Shown here: piece after piece, positions 9,987 to 19,583 of the stretch
Position numbering within the stretch: position 1 is the first letter of the stretch
Layout: every line of letters begins with the position of its first letter
Assembly: GCA_944369075.1 (NCBI GenBank)
Contig: CALVXK010000003.1
Coordinates: forward strand, 30,876 to 94,875
Direction: 5' to 3'
DNA: 64,000 nucleotides
From: an uncultured Bacilli bacterium
GTDB taxonomy: Bacteria > Bacillota_I > Bacilli_A > RFN20 > CAG-826
The notes under the pieces: generated by a model
Told to the model about the DNA's origin: nothing
The model's input: only the letters and a program-made list of their open reading frames with translations
Databases searched by the model: none
Made by a program: the position numbers and the translations under genes

Positions 9987-11111
9987 TTATAAAATTTCTC
10001 CTTGAGGAACATAAATAATTGAGCCATCGTCGCTCTTAACTTCAACTTTATTTTCAAATCTACATAATTTATCAGCAATGACACCATCAAGATGAACACC
10101 AGATTTAATAATACAATCAGTGAAGATAATAGAGTTTTTAACACTAGCTCCTTCTTCAACGATAACATTTCTAGCTAAAATAGAATTATCGACTGTCCCA
10201 TAGACTGTACAACCATTAGCGATTAAAGAATCTCTAACAACTGCTTTTTGACCATATAAAACTGGCCTTGTATCATGGGTTCTAGTATAAATCTTCCATT
10301 CATTATCAAAGAAATGGCAAGAATCATGTCCAAGTAATTCTTTAAGTTCCATTGAAACATTGTAATATTTTTCTAATGAATTAACATAACGTACAGGGGC
10401 TTCACTCTTAATAGCGTGAATTGTTGCATCACCGTATTTTTGAATGAATGTCATCATATCAGTAATTGAGAAAGCTTTTGATAAAGAACGAGTTTTATTT
10501 AAGAAATCTTTTAAAACTTCTTTATTAAAGATAAATGTTTTAAGTCCTAAATAAACTTCATCGTCTTTCGAAGTTATTTCTTCTACTTTTTGAATATTTC
10601 CTAAGGCATTAATTGTATATTTATTTAAGCCAAGGAAATCAACACCAGCATTTTTAACAGGAGCATAAATACAAGAAACTCCTTTTCCGCTAGTAATATG
10701 TTCATCAATTACTTTTGAATAATCAATTCTTGTAATAAATCCAACAGGAATAACAATTACATATTTTGAACTTTGATCATAAAGGAAATAATCGTTAGCT
10801 CTAATATTATTAATATCTGTATTGAAAAATGGATTTTTTAAACCATCTTCATTTAACATCAAATTGAAATAACCTGTTTTTGAATTTTTTAAATATGTAT
10901 TATTATTTGTTAAATGTTTAACAACACTTCTAAAATGATCTTTAATCAAGATTCCAATATCATCAATACCAGAATTAGTTAAATTACTTAAAGCAAAATC
11001 AATAAAAGCATATCTACCTAAAACAGTTGTTGAAGCAACAGGTCTTTTTTCTGTTAAAACACCAAGTTCAGGCGATGCATGTAAATCAATAAGTGCAAAA
11101 ACGTTCTTCAT
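9987..11111 (-). CDS. glgD: Glucose-1-phosphate adenylyltransferase regulatory subunit
   Basis: The protein is GlgC-like with a left-handed beta-helix C-terminus. It lacks the GGxGxRL loop, and its position between glgC and glgA is as in Firmicutes. Confidence 0.8.
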   Translation of the reverse strand: MKNVFALIDLHASPELGVLTEKRPVASTTVLGRYAFIDFALSNLTNSGIDDIGILIKDHFRSVVKHLTNNNTYLKNSKTGYFNLMLNEDGLKNPFFNTDINNIRANDYFLYDQSSKYVIVIPVGFITRIDYSKVIDEHITSGKGVSCIYAPVKNAGVDFLGLNKYTINALGNIQKVEEITSKDDEVYLGLKTFIFNKEVLKDFLNKTRSLSKAFSITDMMTFIQKYGDATIHAIKSEAPVRYVNSLEKYYNVSMELKELLGHDSCHFFDNEWKIYTRTHDTRPVLYGQKAVVRDSLIANGCTVYGTVDNSILARNVIVEEGASVKNSIIFTDCIIKSGVHLDGVIADKLCRFENKVEVKSDDGSIIYVPQGEIL

Positions 11112-11113
11112 AA

Positions 11114-12247
11114 TTATTGTAAATTCCTTTCGTAATCTAAAAGGATAATTTCTCCTGTTCCTTTATTAATTACTTCATTTTCTTTAATTATTGTATTTGG
11201 GCCTAAAATTGCGTTTTCAACATAAGCACCTTTTTTAATAATAACGCCTGGCATTAAGACTGACTTAACAACTTTAGCATCTTTTTCAATTAAAACTTCG
11301 TTTGAAATTACAGATTCTTCAACATCCCCATAAATAAAAGCACCTTGGTTAATTAAACAATCTTTAACAACAGCCGATTTATCAATATATTGTGGGTAAG
11401 AGGATGTATCTTCACTATAAACTTTTGGATAATCATCAAAATGAATTGTATCGTCATTTCTTTGAGATGGTAAAAGTTCCATATTAGCTTGATGGAGTGA
11501 ATCAAGTGTTCCAACATCTCTCCAATAACCTTTAAATCTATATGCAACTAATTTTTGTTTATTATTTAGCATCTTAGGAATAATATTTTTGCCAAAATCA
11601 TGTTCACTATTAGGATCTTTAGCATCTTCTAATAAAGCTGTTTTTAAAACTTTATATGTAAATACATAAACACCCATAGAGGCAAGATTTGATTTAGGGA
11701 CTTTTGGTTTTTCAACGAATTTTGTAATTGTATCATTAGAATCAACTTCTAATATTCCGAATCTAGAAGCTTCTTTAATGTCAACTTCAAGAACCGAAAT
11801 TGTACAATCTGCTTTTGATTCAATATGAAGTTGAATCATTTTGTCATATGAAGTTTTATAAATATGATCACCAGATAAGATTAATACATATTTTGGATCT
11901 TCGTCGTCAAGAAATGCTAAGTTTTGATAAATTGCATCAGCAGTTCCTTTATACCAGTTAGCTCCATCTTCTGTTTGACGTGGGGCTAAAGCCACACAAG
12001 TTGAACCTACTCCATCAAAACCCCATTTTGCACCGTTTCCAATGTAGTTATTTAAAACAATACTTTCGTATTGAGTTAATACACCAACCGAGTCGATTGA
12101 TGAATTAGCTACGTTAGATAAAGAAAAATCTATGATTCTATATTTTCCACCAAAATAAACTGCTGGCTTAGCAACTCTTTTAGTTAATGCATGGAGTCTA
12201 GTGCCTTTTCCTCCAGCAAGAATCATTGCTACGACATTTCTACCCAT
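11114..12247 (-). CDS. glgC: Glucose-1-phosphate adenylyltransferase
   Basis: The ILAGGKGTRL nucleotide-binding loop is present, in 377 aa. A strong RBS (AGGGAGG) precedes the start. Confidence 0.93.
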   Translation of the reverse strand: MGRNVVAMILAGGKGTRLHALTKRVAKPAVYFGGKYRIIDFSLSNVANSSIDSVGVLTQYESIVLNNYIGNGAKWGFDGVGSTCVALAPRQTEDGANWYKGTADAIYQNLAFLDDEDPKYVLILSGDHIYKTSYDKMIQLHIESKADCTISVLEVDIKEASRFGILEVDSNDTITKFVEKPKVPKSNLASMGVYVFTYKVLKTALLEDAKDPNSEHDFGKNIIPKMLNNKQKLVAYRFKGYWRDVGTLDSLHQANMELLPSQRNDDTIHFDDYPKVYSEDTSSYPQYIDKSAVVKDCLINQGAFIYGDVEESVISNEVLIEKDAKVVKSVLMPGVIIKKGAYVENAILGPNTIIKENEVINKGTGEIILLDYERNLQ

Positions 12248-12316
12248 ATTTTCCTCCCTTTTTATATTATATTTTTAGGTAAAATACTTTTCTGATATCT
12301 ATATAATAAATCAAAT

Positions 12317-15300
12317 TTAATCTAATTTTGAGAAAATTCTTACACAAGATGAATTTTTTGTATGTAAAACTACTAATGTTTCGTCAACTAAAGGCGAAAT
12401 ATCTGGGATTTTATCGGTTGGACAAGAGATAATAACTTGAAGATTAAACTTTCTAAGAAGTTTAACAGCTTCTTTAATTCTTCCTCTATCCATTTTAGAA
12501 AATGCTTCATCAAATACGATGAGTCTGGAAGTATTTGCCATTTCTCCTTCTTGATTAACATGGTAAAGTTGAGCAAAGGAAGCAAGAACAGCAATGTAGA
12601 ATGGAGTTTGAGTTTCACCACCACTCTTCTTCTTAATCATTTTTGAAAGTCTTTGTTCTTCACCGCTTTCCTTATTAATAACAATAAGGTCAAAATCTAA
12701 GTAAGAACGATAATCGGTAAATCTTGCAATATTTTGAAGAAGTTCTTCATTACTTCCTTTATCATCGTTAACATCGACGATTTGTCTAAATAAATCTTCC
12801 ATGACATCTTTATATTTATTTAAGAATAAGGATTCATCTTCTCCGCCTTCAAGAATAATATCATCTTTTAACATGTCATAATATCTTCTAAAAACTAAAG
12901 AAGGTTTAACTGTAAAACGGTATAAATCGACACCAAAGGAAGATTCTTTTAAAGCACTATTTAAATTTTCAATTTGATCTTCGACATCACTTATTGCACC
13001 TCTAAGTTTAAAGATAAAATCATCTTTGAATTGTTGTGTAGCTTTTAAATAAGCATCATGAATTTGTTCGGTGTAATCTGGAAGTTTAACATCTCTAAAT
13101 TCTTTGAGCTCGTTTTCAAAAGTATCGTTATCTTTTGTATCTGGATCATAAGAAAGACGATATTCGTGCACATAATCTCTTCTTAATTTGCAAAGTTCAT
13201 TAAAAATATTGTTAAAAATATATTGAATTCTTGAAAGATTTGCATTAGCTTCGCTTAAAATTTCAATATATGATTTGCCTTGTTCAACTTTTTCTTTAAA
13301 GTAAGGTTCAGCTTTAGTTAAAACAAAAGAAACATCATAATTTTTATCTAAGGAAACTTTTCTTTCTTTAATTAAACTTTCTTCATTACTAATCTTATCG
13401 TTTTTTAATGATTCGATTTGTTTAGTCAAGTTACCTTTTTCTAAAAGTAAAGATTCTCTTTGAGCATTAACTTCTTTAATATCATCATCGACATCTTCTA
13501 AACGTTTATCTAAAGAAGCAATTAAAGCTGTATCTTGTTCGCTAAGTTCGTTATCAAGATATTCTAAAGTATCTTTATAGCCTTTTAGCTCGCTACTTCT
13601 AGCTAAAGATTTTAAAATGTGTTCGATTTCGCCATTAGATAAAAGTTCAAGATTATTAGCTTCGGTAATTAAATTATTTAATTCTTTATAATAAGAAATA
13701 TTTAGTAAATTAGATTTAAGTTGCTTTGCTTTTTCGTCAAAGAAACGTGAACCAATATCTTGCCCAATAAAACTTTCTTGATAGAGACGAGGATTGATTT
13801 TAGATAAAGTAAAATTACGATATAAATCACATTCTCTAGTTATACCATTTTGAGAAAGTCTAGCTTCTTCAATATCATCAGCTTTAGTAAGTCTACCAAT
13901 CAAGAAATTAGTATAAGCTCTTGCACCTTCATGCTCAGTTTCAATTTCTGAAGCCAAAGAATCTTCATTATACTCATAGTTTCTAGCAATAATTTTTTCT
14001 TGATCAACTAAGGCCGTTGAATAATAACGATATTCTTCAAGAAGTCTTCTCAAAATATTGTAAGCTTCTAAATAATATTTTGGTGCAACAAAAAGGTTGA
14101 ACTTTTGGGAGTAAAGATAACCTTCTATTGCATTTGCCCATTCTTCGTCTTTAATAGAAACTAAATCACAATATAATTCAACATCAATTTTCTTATTAAA
14201 TTTTAAAGATAATTCTTCTTGAAGTCTTTTCTTAATTAAAGTTAGACGTTGGTCAAAAGGTTTAGTGCCTTTTTTCATGTTGGCTTGTTCTTCTTTTAAA
14301 TTTTCAACACGTTTAGATAAACTTGAAATAGTTCTTGCTAATGAAATAGCTAAAGAAGAAACATTATCTTTAAAGTTTTTAGTAACATCTTTAAATTCAC
14401 TTAAATCATCTTTACTGACACTTAAAACATCATTTTCGATTTTTGATTTTAATGAAGTAGCAACCTCGCTAACTCTTTTAGAAGAGATTAAAATTTCCGA
14501 AATTTCTTCAGCTTTATCCTCATCAAGTGCATCTTTATCGACTTTATTTAAGTTTTCAAGTAAAGAATTGGATTCTTTTAAATATGAATTAACATAGTAA
14601 GATAAATCAGATTTTACAGCAGAGATTTCCTCATTTATCTCGTTAATTTTTTGATTTACTTCTTTCTTTTGGTTATATAAATCTTCGCTAATTTTAGCGA
14701 CATTATTATTCATTTTATCTTGAATCAAACGAACTTTTCTTTTCTCAAGTTCATTTAAATCAGATTTATATTCTTCTAGTTCATTATCAATTTCTTTAAT
14801 TCTATCTTCGCTTTTAACAATTTCTTCCTTAAAAGCTTTTAATTTTTCTTCACTAGAATAAAGTTCACATCTTTCGATTAAATATTTATTGAGTAAAAAA
14901 TCTTCTTCTCTTTCTTTATAAGAAGAATAGACTTTAGAAATTTCTTCAAGTTTATCAACTCTTTTCTTTATGTTTTCACTTTCAACTTGAAGTCTACGAT
15001 ATTGCAAAATATTTTCTTGAAGATGCGATAAATCTAAATTTTCTTGAGGATTACAGACATATTCAGTAATGAATGTAGTAATATCTGTTATTGGAGAAAA
15101 AGATGTTGATTTCTTTAAAAGTGAGAAATAAATATCTTTTAATCCGCCAAGTCTTTTCTTCAAGAATTCTTGATATTGTCTATTTGAATCAAAAAGATGA
15201 TATTTACCATCATAATCACTCTTTAAATATTTAACTAAGGCTTTATATTCAAGAGGAACTTTGTTTACAACAAATTCATTTTCTGGAATCTTATCTTCAA

Positions 15301-15688
15301 TGTTAAAGAAATGGTGTTCTTCGCTTCCATCTTCAAAAGTATCTAAACAAATACCTAAAACGAAATCTTTATTTTCAACATCATCATGAAATTCTATTGC
15401 AATATAAGATGTAAATCTTCCATTTCTTAAATATCTAAATCCACCAGATGTATCATCACCTATTTCACCTCTAAGATATCCTTTTAAGGTACGAGAAGAT
15501 TTTCCTAAAGCTGCTTTATTAAAGTTATAACCAGTTGTATCACCTAATAAAACAACTTCAATACCATCGATTAAAGTTGATTTACCGCTACCATTTAAAC
15601 CGGTTAAAAATACGATAGGTTTAATATCAAAAGTTTCGTTCCGAAAGTAATGCCAATTTATAATTTTAATTTTCGTAATAAGTTTCAT
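12317..15688 (-). CDS. jetC: SMC-like ATPase of MukB/MksB/JetC type
   Basis: 1123 aa. N-terminal Walker A: FLTGLNGSGKSTLIDGI. A very long coiled-coil (K/E/L-rich) is interrupted by a hinge-like segment (EEWANAIEGYLYSQKFNLFV). C-terminal signature SGGETQTPFYIAVLASFA and Walker B RLIVFDEAFSKMD. The start overlaps the upstream gene by 23 nt. Confidence 0.7.
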   Translation of the reverse strand: MKLITKIKIINWHYFRNETFDIKPIVFLTGLNGSGKSTLIDGIEVVLLGDTTGYNFNKAALGKSSRTLKGYLRGEIGDDTSGGFRYLRNGRFTSYIAIEFHDDVENKDFVLGICLDTFEDGSEEHHFFNIEDKIPENEFVVNKVPLEYKALVKYLKSDYDGKYHLFDSNRQYQEFLKKRLGGLKDIYFSLLKKSTSFSPITDITTFITEYVCNPQENLDLSHLQENILQYRRLQVESENIKKRVDKLEEISKVYSSYKEREEDFLLNKYLIERCELYSSEEKLKAFKEEIVKSEDRIKEIDNELEEYKSDLNELEKRKVRLIQDKMNNNVAKISEDLYNQKKEVNQKINEINEEISAVKSDLSYYVNSYLKESNSLLENLNKVDKDALDEDKAEEISEILISSKRVSEVATSLKSKIENDVLSVSKDDLSEFKDVTKNFKDNVSSLAISLARTISSLSKRVENLKEEQANMKKGTKPFDQRLTLIKKRLQEELSLKFNKKIDVELYCDLVSIKDEEWANAIEGYLYSQKFNLFVAPKYYLEAYNILRRLLEEYRYYSTALVDQEKIIARNYEYNEDSLASEIETEHEGARAYTNFLIGRLTKADDIEEARLSQNGITRECDLYRNFTLSKINPRLYQESFIGQDIGSRFFDEKAKQLKSNLLNISYYKELNNLITEANNLELLSNGEIEHILKSLARSSELKGYKDTLEYLDNELSEQDTALIASLDKRLEDVDDDIKEVNAQRESLLLEKGNLTKQIESLKNDKISNEESLIKERKVSLDKNYDVSFVLTKAEPYFKEKVEQGKSYIEILSEANANLSRIQYIFNNIFNELCKLRRDYVHEYRLSYDPDTKDNDTFENELKEFRDVKLPDYTEQIHDAYLKATQQFKDDFIFKLRGAISDVEDQIENLNSALKESSFGVDLYRFTVKPSLVFRRYYDMLKDDIILEGGEDESLFLNKYKDVMEDLFRQIVDVNDDKGSNEELLQNIARFTDYRSYLDFDLIVINKESGEEQRLSKMIKKKSGGETQTPFYIAVLASFAQLYHVNQEGEMANTSRLIVFDEAFSKMDRGRIKEAVKLLRKFNLQVIISCPTDKIPDISPLVDETLVVLHTKNSSCVRIFSKLD

Positions 15689-16322
15689 CTTCTTTTACCT
15701 CATCATTTTCGTTTAAGGAATTTATTTGATCAAGTGCATTTGACATTGCAGCAACTTTTTCATTGTCTAAAGCATATACAATTGAAGGAAGAATATAAAA
15801 AGCAACATTTCCTTCATCATAATTACCACTAACTTTATTTAAAATATTATGCTGGACTAAAAATCTTAAAGATTTAGCCAGATTTCTACCAGTAAGTTTT
15901 TTATTTGGAAGTAAAATTCCATGTTCTAACATCGTTCTAATTAAAGACTGAGTTGTTAAATAAATAGCTTCGCTTGTAGATGAAGATTGATCTCTTTCAG
16001 TTTCATAAATTAATCTTAAAGTAAAAATTAACAAAGAAGTTTCTCTATCAAGACGAATATGGTTTTCGTTATTCTCGTTTAATAAAGCAACAACACCTAA
16101 AATAGCATCTTTTTCGATTCTCCGATTAGAAAAAGAAAGATAAGAATTGATCAATTCATAATTTTTTTCAATAAAACGATAAGTAGGGGAAATTTTAATA
16201 ATTTTTTCTTTTGTATCAAAAACATCTCTAACAATAAAACCTTTAAGTAAAATTGTATTGACTACACTTCCAAATTGGTTTTTCTCGCCAAGAGAAAGTT
16301 CATTATATTTTTCTTCAAACAT
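15666..16322 (-). CDS. jetB: MksE/JetB-like (DUF4194-type) small subunit
   Basis: 218 aa. The tandem winged-helix-like pattern, acidic C-terminal tail and position between the kleisin-like and SMC-like genes fit JetB/MksE. Its ATG shares one base with the upstream TAA, giving TAATG at 16320..16324. Confidence 0.6.
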   Translation of the reverse strand: MFEEKYNELSLGEKNQFGSVVNTILLKGFIVRDVFDTKEKIIKISPTYRFIEKNYELINSYLSFSNRRIEKDAILGVVALLNENNENHIRLDRETSLLIFTLRLIYETERDQSSSTSEAIYLTTQSLIRTMLEHGILLPNKKLTGRNLAKSLRFLVQHNILNKVSGNYDEGNVAFYILPSIVYALDNEKVAAMSNALDQINSLNENDEVKEDETYYEN

Positions 16323-17782
16323 TATTCATTTTCCTCCTTAACTTGTTCGTCTTTTTTAACAAAAGTGAAATCAGGAATTAAATATTCACCGTTAATAATT
16401 TCTTTGTTTTCGTTTAGTTCAATTGTATAAAAAGAAGTATCATCATCGTATTTACAAATAGCTAAAATCAAACAAATAATTGATTCTTCAGAATCTAAAA
16501 CCATATCTTTAGTTGAAATTTCTTTCTTTCCAGAAAGAGAAGACTCAATAAAAGAATAAACCTTATCATCACTAAACATATTTGATGTATGTTCAATAAA
16601 TTCATCCATCATGACATCGCTAGTGTCATCAAAATAAGGGATTTCCATTGGTTCACCTTTTTCTTTAAATTTCTTTAGAATTGGTAAAATTAAAGAATCA
16701 GAATCAATGTAGCCTTGTTCATAAAAATCAAACGAATCATTCATCATATCTAAGATTTTATTGCGGAAACGATTATCGTCTTTGCTCGCAGCAAAATACT
16801 TAAAAATATTTTCTAAATGACCTTTAATTGTTCGATCAGAATTGTTTAAATATAAAATCTTTTGTGTAGAAGCTTTTGTGTATTGACTATTTTCTTTATC
16901 AATTGAGTTAATTAATACATTAAGATTAGAGTAGGTATCGGTTATATAATTGATTTTAGTAATAATATCGTTTTCAATTTCTTGCTTGTTATTATTTTTT
17001 GCACTTAATGAAGCAAGTAAAACTAATTTATTTCTAATCTCTTTATTATTTAACCATCGATCAAGAATTTTAATAATTGGTCTTTTAAATTTAGCAACGC
17101 TATCAAATGTTTTTAAAGGATGGTAATATCTATCACTAATTTTCTTTTTATAAATATCAAAATAAGAGTGCAAAACTTCATTTGTATCAAAAAGTTTAGT
17201 TAACCTGTTTTGGAAAATTCTAATTGAGTGAGTTAAAGTAACAAGCTCAACTTTTAATTTCTTTGTATTTTCATAACACCTTAAAAGAGTTGCATAAATC
17301 AAATCATCAAGTTCTTCATCTTCTAATTTTAGTTCACTATAAGTGGAATGAACTAAAGATACATAAGGTGATTCTTCATCACTTACAATATCATTAAAAG
17401 TTTTAAGCAAAGAAATTGTATAAGGAGGTAAAACAACTACTTCTTCATAATTATCAATATCCATTGAAATATCAATCCATCCAGTTTCTTCTAATCTTCT
17501 TAAAATAAAAGAAGCTTTTGATGAATCAGTAAAAGATATTCCTTCTTCTAGTTCTTCTTTACTTAGTTCTTCTTCTAAATCTAAAGAATCTAAATTCGAT
17601 TCTTTAGATTTAATTGCACTTAAAAAATCATTCTTTTTTATAACACTTTCTTCATTTTGAAGTAATGAATAAAGAATTTCTAAAGCTTCAATATAAATTT
17701 CTCTATTTTTTCCAGAAAATATAGAGAAATAATTACTAGGAACTATATTAAATAAATTCATAATTTGTCTAAAAAATAACAT
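16322..17782 (-). CDS. jetA: MksF/JetA-like kleisin-type subunit (DUF3375-like)
   Basis: 486 aa and the first gene of the three-gene operon. Its size, order and acidic linker regions match JetA/MksF. The start is uncertain: ATG at 17782 or Met8 at 17761. Confidence 0.55.
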   Translation of the reverse strand: MLFFRQIMNLFNIVPSNYFSIFSGKNREIYIEALEILYSLLQNEESVIKKNDFLSAIKSKESNLDSLDLEEELSKEELEEGISFTDSSKASFILRRLEETGWIDISMDIDNYEEVVVLPPYTISLLKTFNDIVSDEESPYVSLVHSTYSELKLEDEELDDLIYATLLRCYENTKKLKVELVTLTHSIRIFQNRLTKLFDTNEVLHSYFDIYKKKISDRYYHPLKTFDSVAKFKRPIIKILDRWLNNKEIRNKLVLLASLSAKNNNKQEIENDIITKINYITDTYSNLNVLINSIDKENSQYTKASTQKILYLNNSDRTIKGHLENIFKYFAASKDDNRFRNKILDMMNDSFDFYEQGYIDSDSLILPILKKFKEKGEPMEIPYFDDTSDVMMDEFIEHTSNMFSDDKVYSFIESSLSGKKEISTKDMVLDSEESIICLILAICKYDDDTSFYTIELNENKEIINGEYLIPDFTFVKKDEQVKEENE

Positions 17783-17940
17783 TAAAATTATATCATTAAT
17801 AGGCTTTATAAAAAAGCAAAAATATTGTTTTTTCTAAGGTCAAATAAGATAGTAATTTTAAGGATTATTTATAGCAAAAGATTAACTAATTTTATTAGAT
17901 CAAAGCACTAAGAAACTCGATTATATCCCTTTTTTTATTG

Positions 17941-17969
17941 TTGCAGGGCACTTCCTTTTGTGGTATTAT
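17941..17969 (+). promoter_or_regulatory. Candidate sigma-A promoter for rpmB
   Basis: TTGCAG (17941..17946), a 17-nt spacer ending in TG, then TATTAT (17964..17969). Confidence 0.5.
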
Positions 17970-18003
17970 CTTTAAGCATTAATTGAAAAAGGAGGTCTCG
18001 AAG

Positions 18004-18195
18004 ATGTCTAGAGTATGCCCAATTACAGGTAAACATCCAATTAGCGGAAATAAACGTTCACACTCACTTATTGCTACACGTAGAAGATGGGATGTCAATC
18101 TCCACACCTATAAAATTGAAATTAACGGAAAAATCTGTAAAGTTAGAATGAGTGCTAGAGCTTATAGAACACTCAATAAATCTAACGCTAAATAA
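18004..18195 (+). CDS. rpmB: 50S ribosomal protein L28
   Basis: MSRVCPITGK...SARAYRTL is present. The start is trimmed to the ATG at 18004, behind AAGGAGG. The track ORF begins at an upstream TTG. Confidence 0.93.
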   Translation: MSRVCPITGKHPISGNKRSHSLIATRRRWDVNLHTYKIEINGKICKVRMSARAYRTLNKSNAK

Positions 18196-18214
18196 TATAA
18201 TCTATAAATATTAA

Positions 18215-18248
18215 AATAACCAAGTCACATTGACTTGGTTATTTTTTT
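18215..18248. terminator. Bidirectional intrinsic terminator (rpmB / rpe-operon convergence)
   Basis: A 13-bp stem AATAACCAAGTCA-cat-TGACTTGGTTATT is flanked by A-run and T-run sequences. Confidence 0.8.
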
Positions 18249-18903
18249 AACCAAAAGCAGCAGTAATAAGAGGAATAAAAGAAATAATATAAGCTAAAAA
18301 GCTACCCCATTCTAAACCAGCAAGATAATTATATTTAGGTCTATAAAAAGTTTGTGCATCAACTTTTACCATTTTTGACCAATTTTTATATGATGGGTTT
18401 AAGGCAATAAGAAGCATAAAAATAATACCAATTATCGTAAATATCCAAATTAAAACTTTATTTGAGACAATAAATCCAGCAGAGTATGGATTAGTGAAAA
18501 TAAATATTTCAACTAAATAAATTAAGAAAGTTAATAAATAAAAAATTATCGCAAAAATAAGATGCAATTTGTAATTAGATAGTTTTATAAAAAACAACAC
18601 ATGAAATACAACAATATCAACTATAAAAAGTATTCCAATTAAATAAGCCATCGATTTAGTGTGATTTTTAACAATAAAAAAGGCTGCAGCAAAAACAAAA
18701 CATAAAACACCAATTAAAAATGCAGTCTCAAGTCCCCAAGATCTTTTTTGATCCCTTTTAAATTGATTTAATTCAAAAGGAAAACATGAAAGTGGAGAAT
18801 ATTTTGCACTTCCAGTTTTAGAATATGATAAAGCCATAAGCCCAAAACTTAAAAACGTAAAGATAATTCCGCAAATAACTAAGATTAAAATAGAAAATGC
18901 CAT
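18247..18903 (-). CDS. Hypothetical polytopic membrane protein
   Basis: 218 aa with about six hydrophobic helices. I recognise no motif. It occupies the slot held by thiN in Bacillus. Confidence 0.5.
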   Translation of the reverse strand: MAFSILILVICGIIFTFLSFGLMALSYSKTGSAKYSPLSCFPFELNQFKRDQKRSWGLETAFLIGVLCFVFAAAFFIVKNHTKSMAYLIGILFIVDIVVFHVLFFIKLSNYKLHLIFAIIFYLLTFLIYLVEIFIFTNPYSAGFIVSNKVLIWIFTIIGIIFMLLIALNPSYKNWSKMVKVDAQTFYRPKYNYLAGLEWGSFLAYIISFIPLITAAFG

Positions 18904-18909
18904 ATCGTC

Positions 18910-19569
18910 TTACTCTCCTTTTAATAAAGAAATTGCCTTACTTCGTGACTTTGCTTTAAAAATATATGAACCAGAAACTAATATATCAGCTCCTTTTTCA
19001 ATACATTTTTTTGAAGTTTTATCATTAATCCCACCATCTACTTCAATTAAAAAGTGATAGGAATATTCCTTTCTTATTTTATCAAGAATTTCAATTTTAT
19101 TTAATGAATTTATCATAAATTCTTGCCCACCAAAACCAGGTTCAACACTCATTACCAAAACAAGGTCTAAATATGGCAAAAATTCTTTGATTTTTTCAAC
19201 TTCTGTATTTGGTTTAATTGATAAACCTACTTTAACTCCTTCTTTATGAATTAATTCAATTAAAGGTAAAATTTCCTCTTTTTTAATGGCTTCATAATGA
19301 AAAGTTATAATATTTGCTCCGTTTTTTACAAATTCTAAATAATATTTTTTTGGATCCGTAATCATTAAATGAACATCAATAATTAACGAAGTAACATCTT
19401 TTATGCATTTTAAAACATATGGTCCAAAAGAAATATTGTTAACAAAATGACCATCCATTACATCGAAATGTAAGTAAGAAGCACCTTCTTCTTTCAATGA
19501 ACTTATTTCTTTCTCTAAATTTTTAAAATCAGCCGATAAAATTGATGGAGCAATAAAGATTTTTTTCAT
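18910..19569 (-). CDS. rpe: Ribulose-phosphate 3-epimerase
   Basis: APSILSADF, HFDVMDGHFV and VMSVEPGFGGQ motifs are present. Confidence 0.93.
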   Translation of the reverse strand: MKKIFIAPSILSADFKNLEKEISSLKEEGASYLHFDVMDGHFVNNISFGPYVLKCIKDVTSLIIDVHLMITDPKKYYLEFVKNGANIITFHYEAIKKEEILPLIELIHKEGVKVGLSIKPNTEVEKIKEFLPYLDLVLVMSVEPGFGGQEFMINSLNKIEILDKIRKEYSYHFLIEVDGGINDKTSKKCIEKGADILVSGSYIFKAKSRSKAISLLKGE

Positions 19570-19583
19570 ACCTATATTTTATA

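Noticed and set aside
12317-15688. I considered reading the 1123-aa ATPase as SbcC/Rad50, RecN, chromosomal Smc or Lamassu LmuB.
   Set aside because: There is no adjacent SbcD/Mre11 nuclease, and the length and the absence of an Smc hinge GGxG pattern do not fit Smc. The two upstream coupled genes, of 486 and 218 aa, match the kleisin plus KITE-like partners of MukBEF-type complexes rather than Lamassu LmuA/LmuC. This remains a motif-level judgement.
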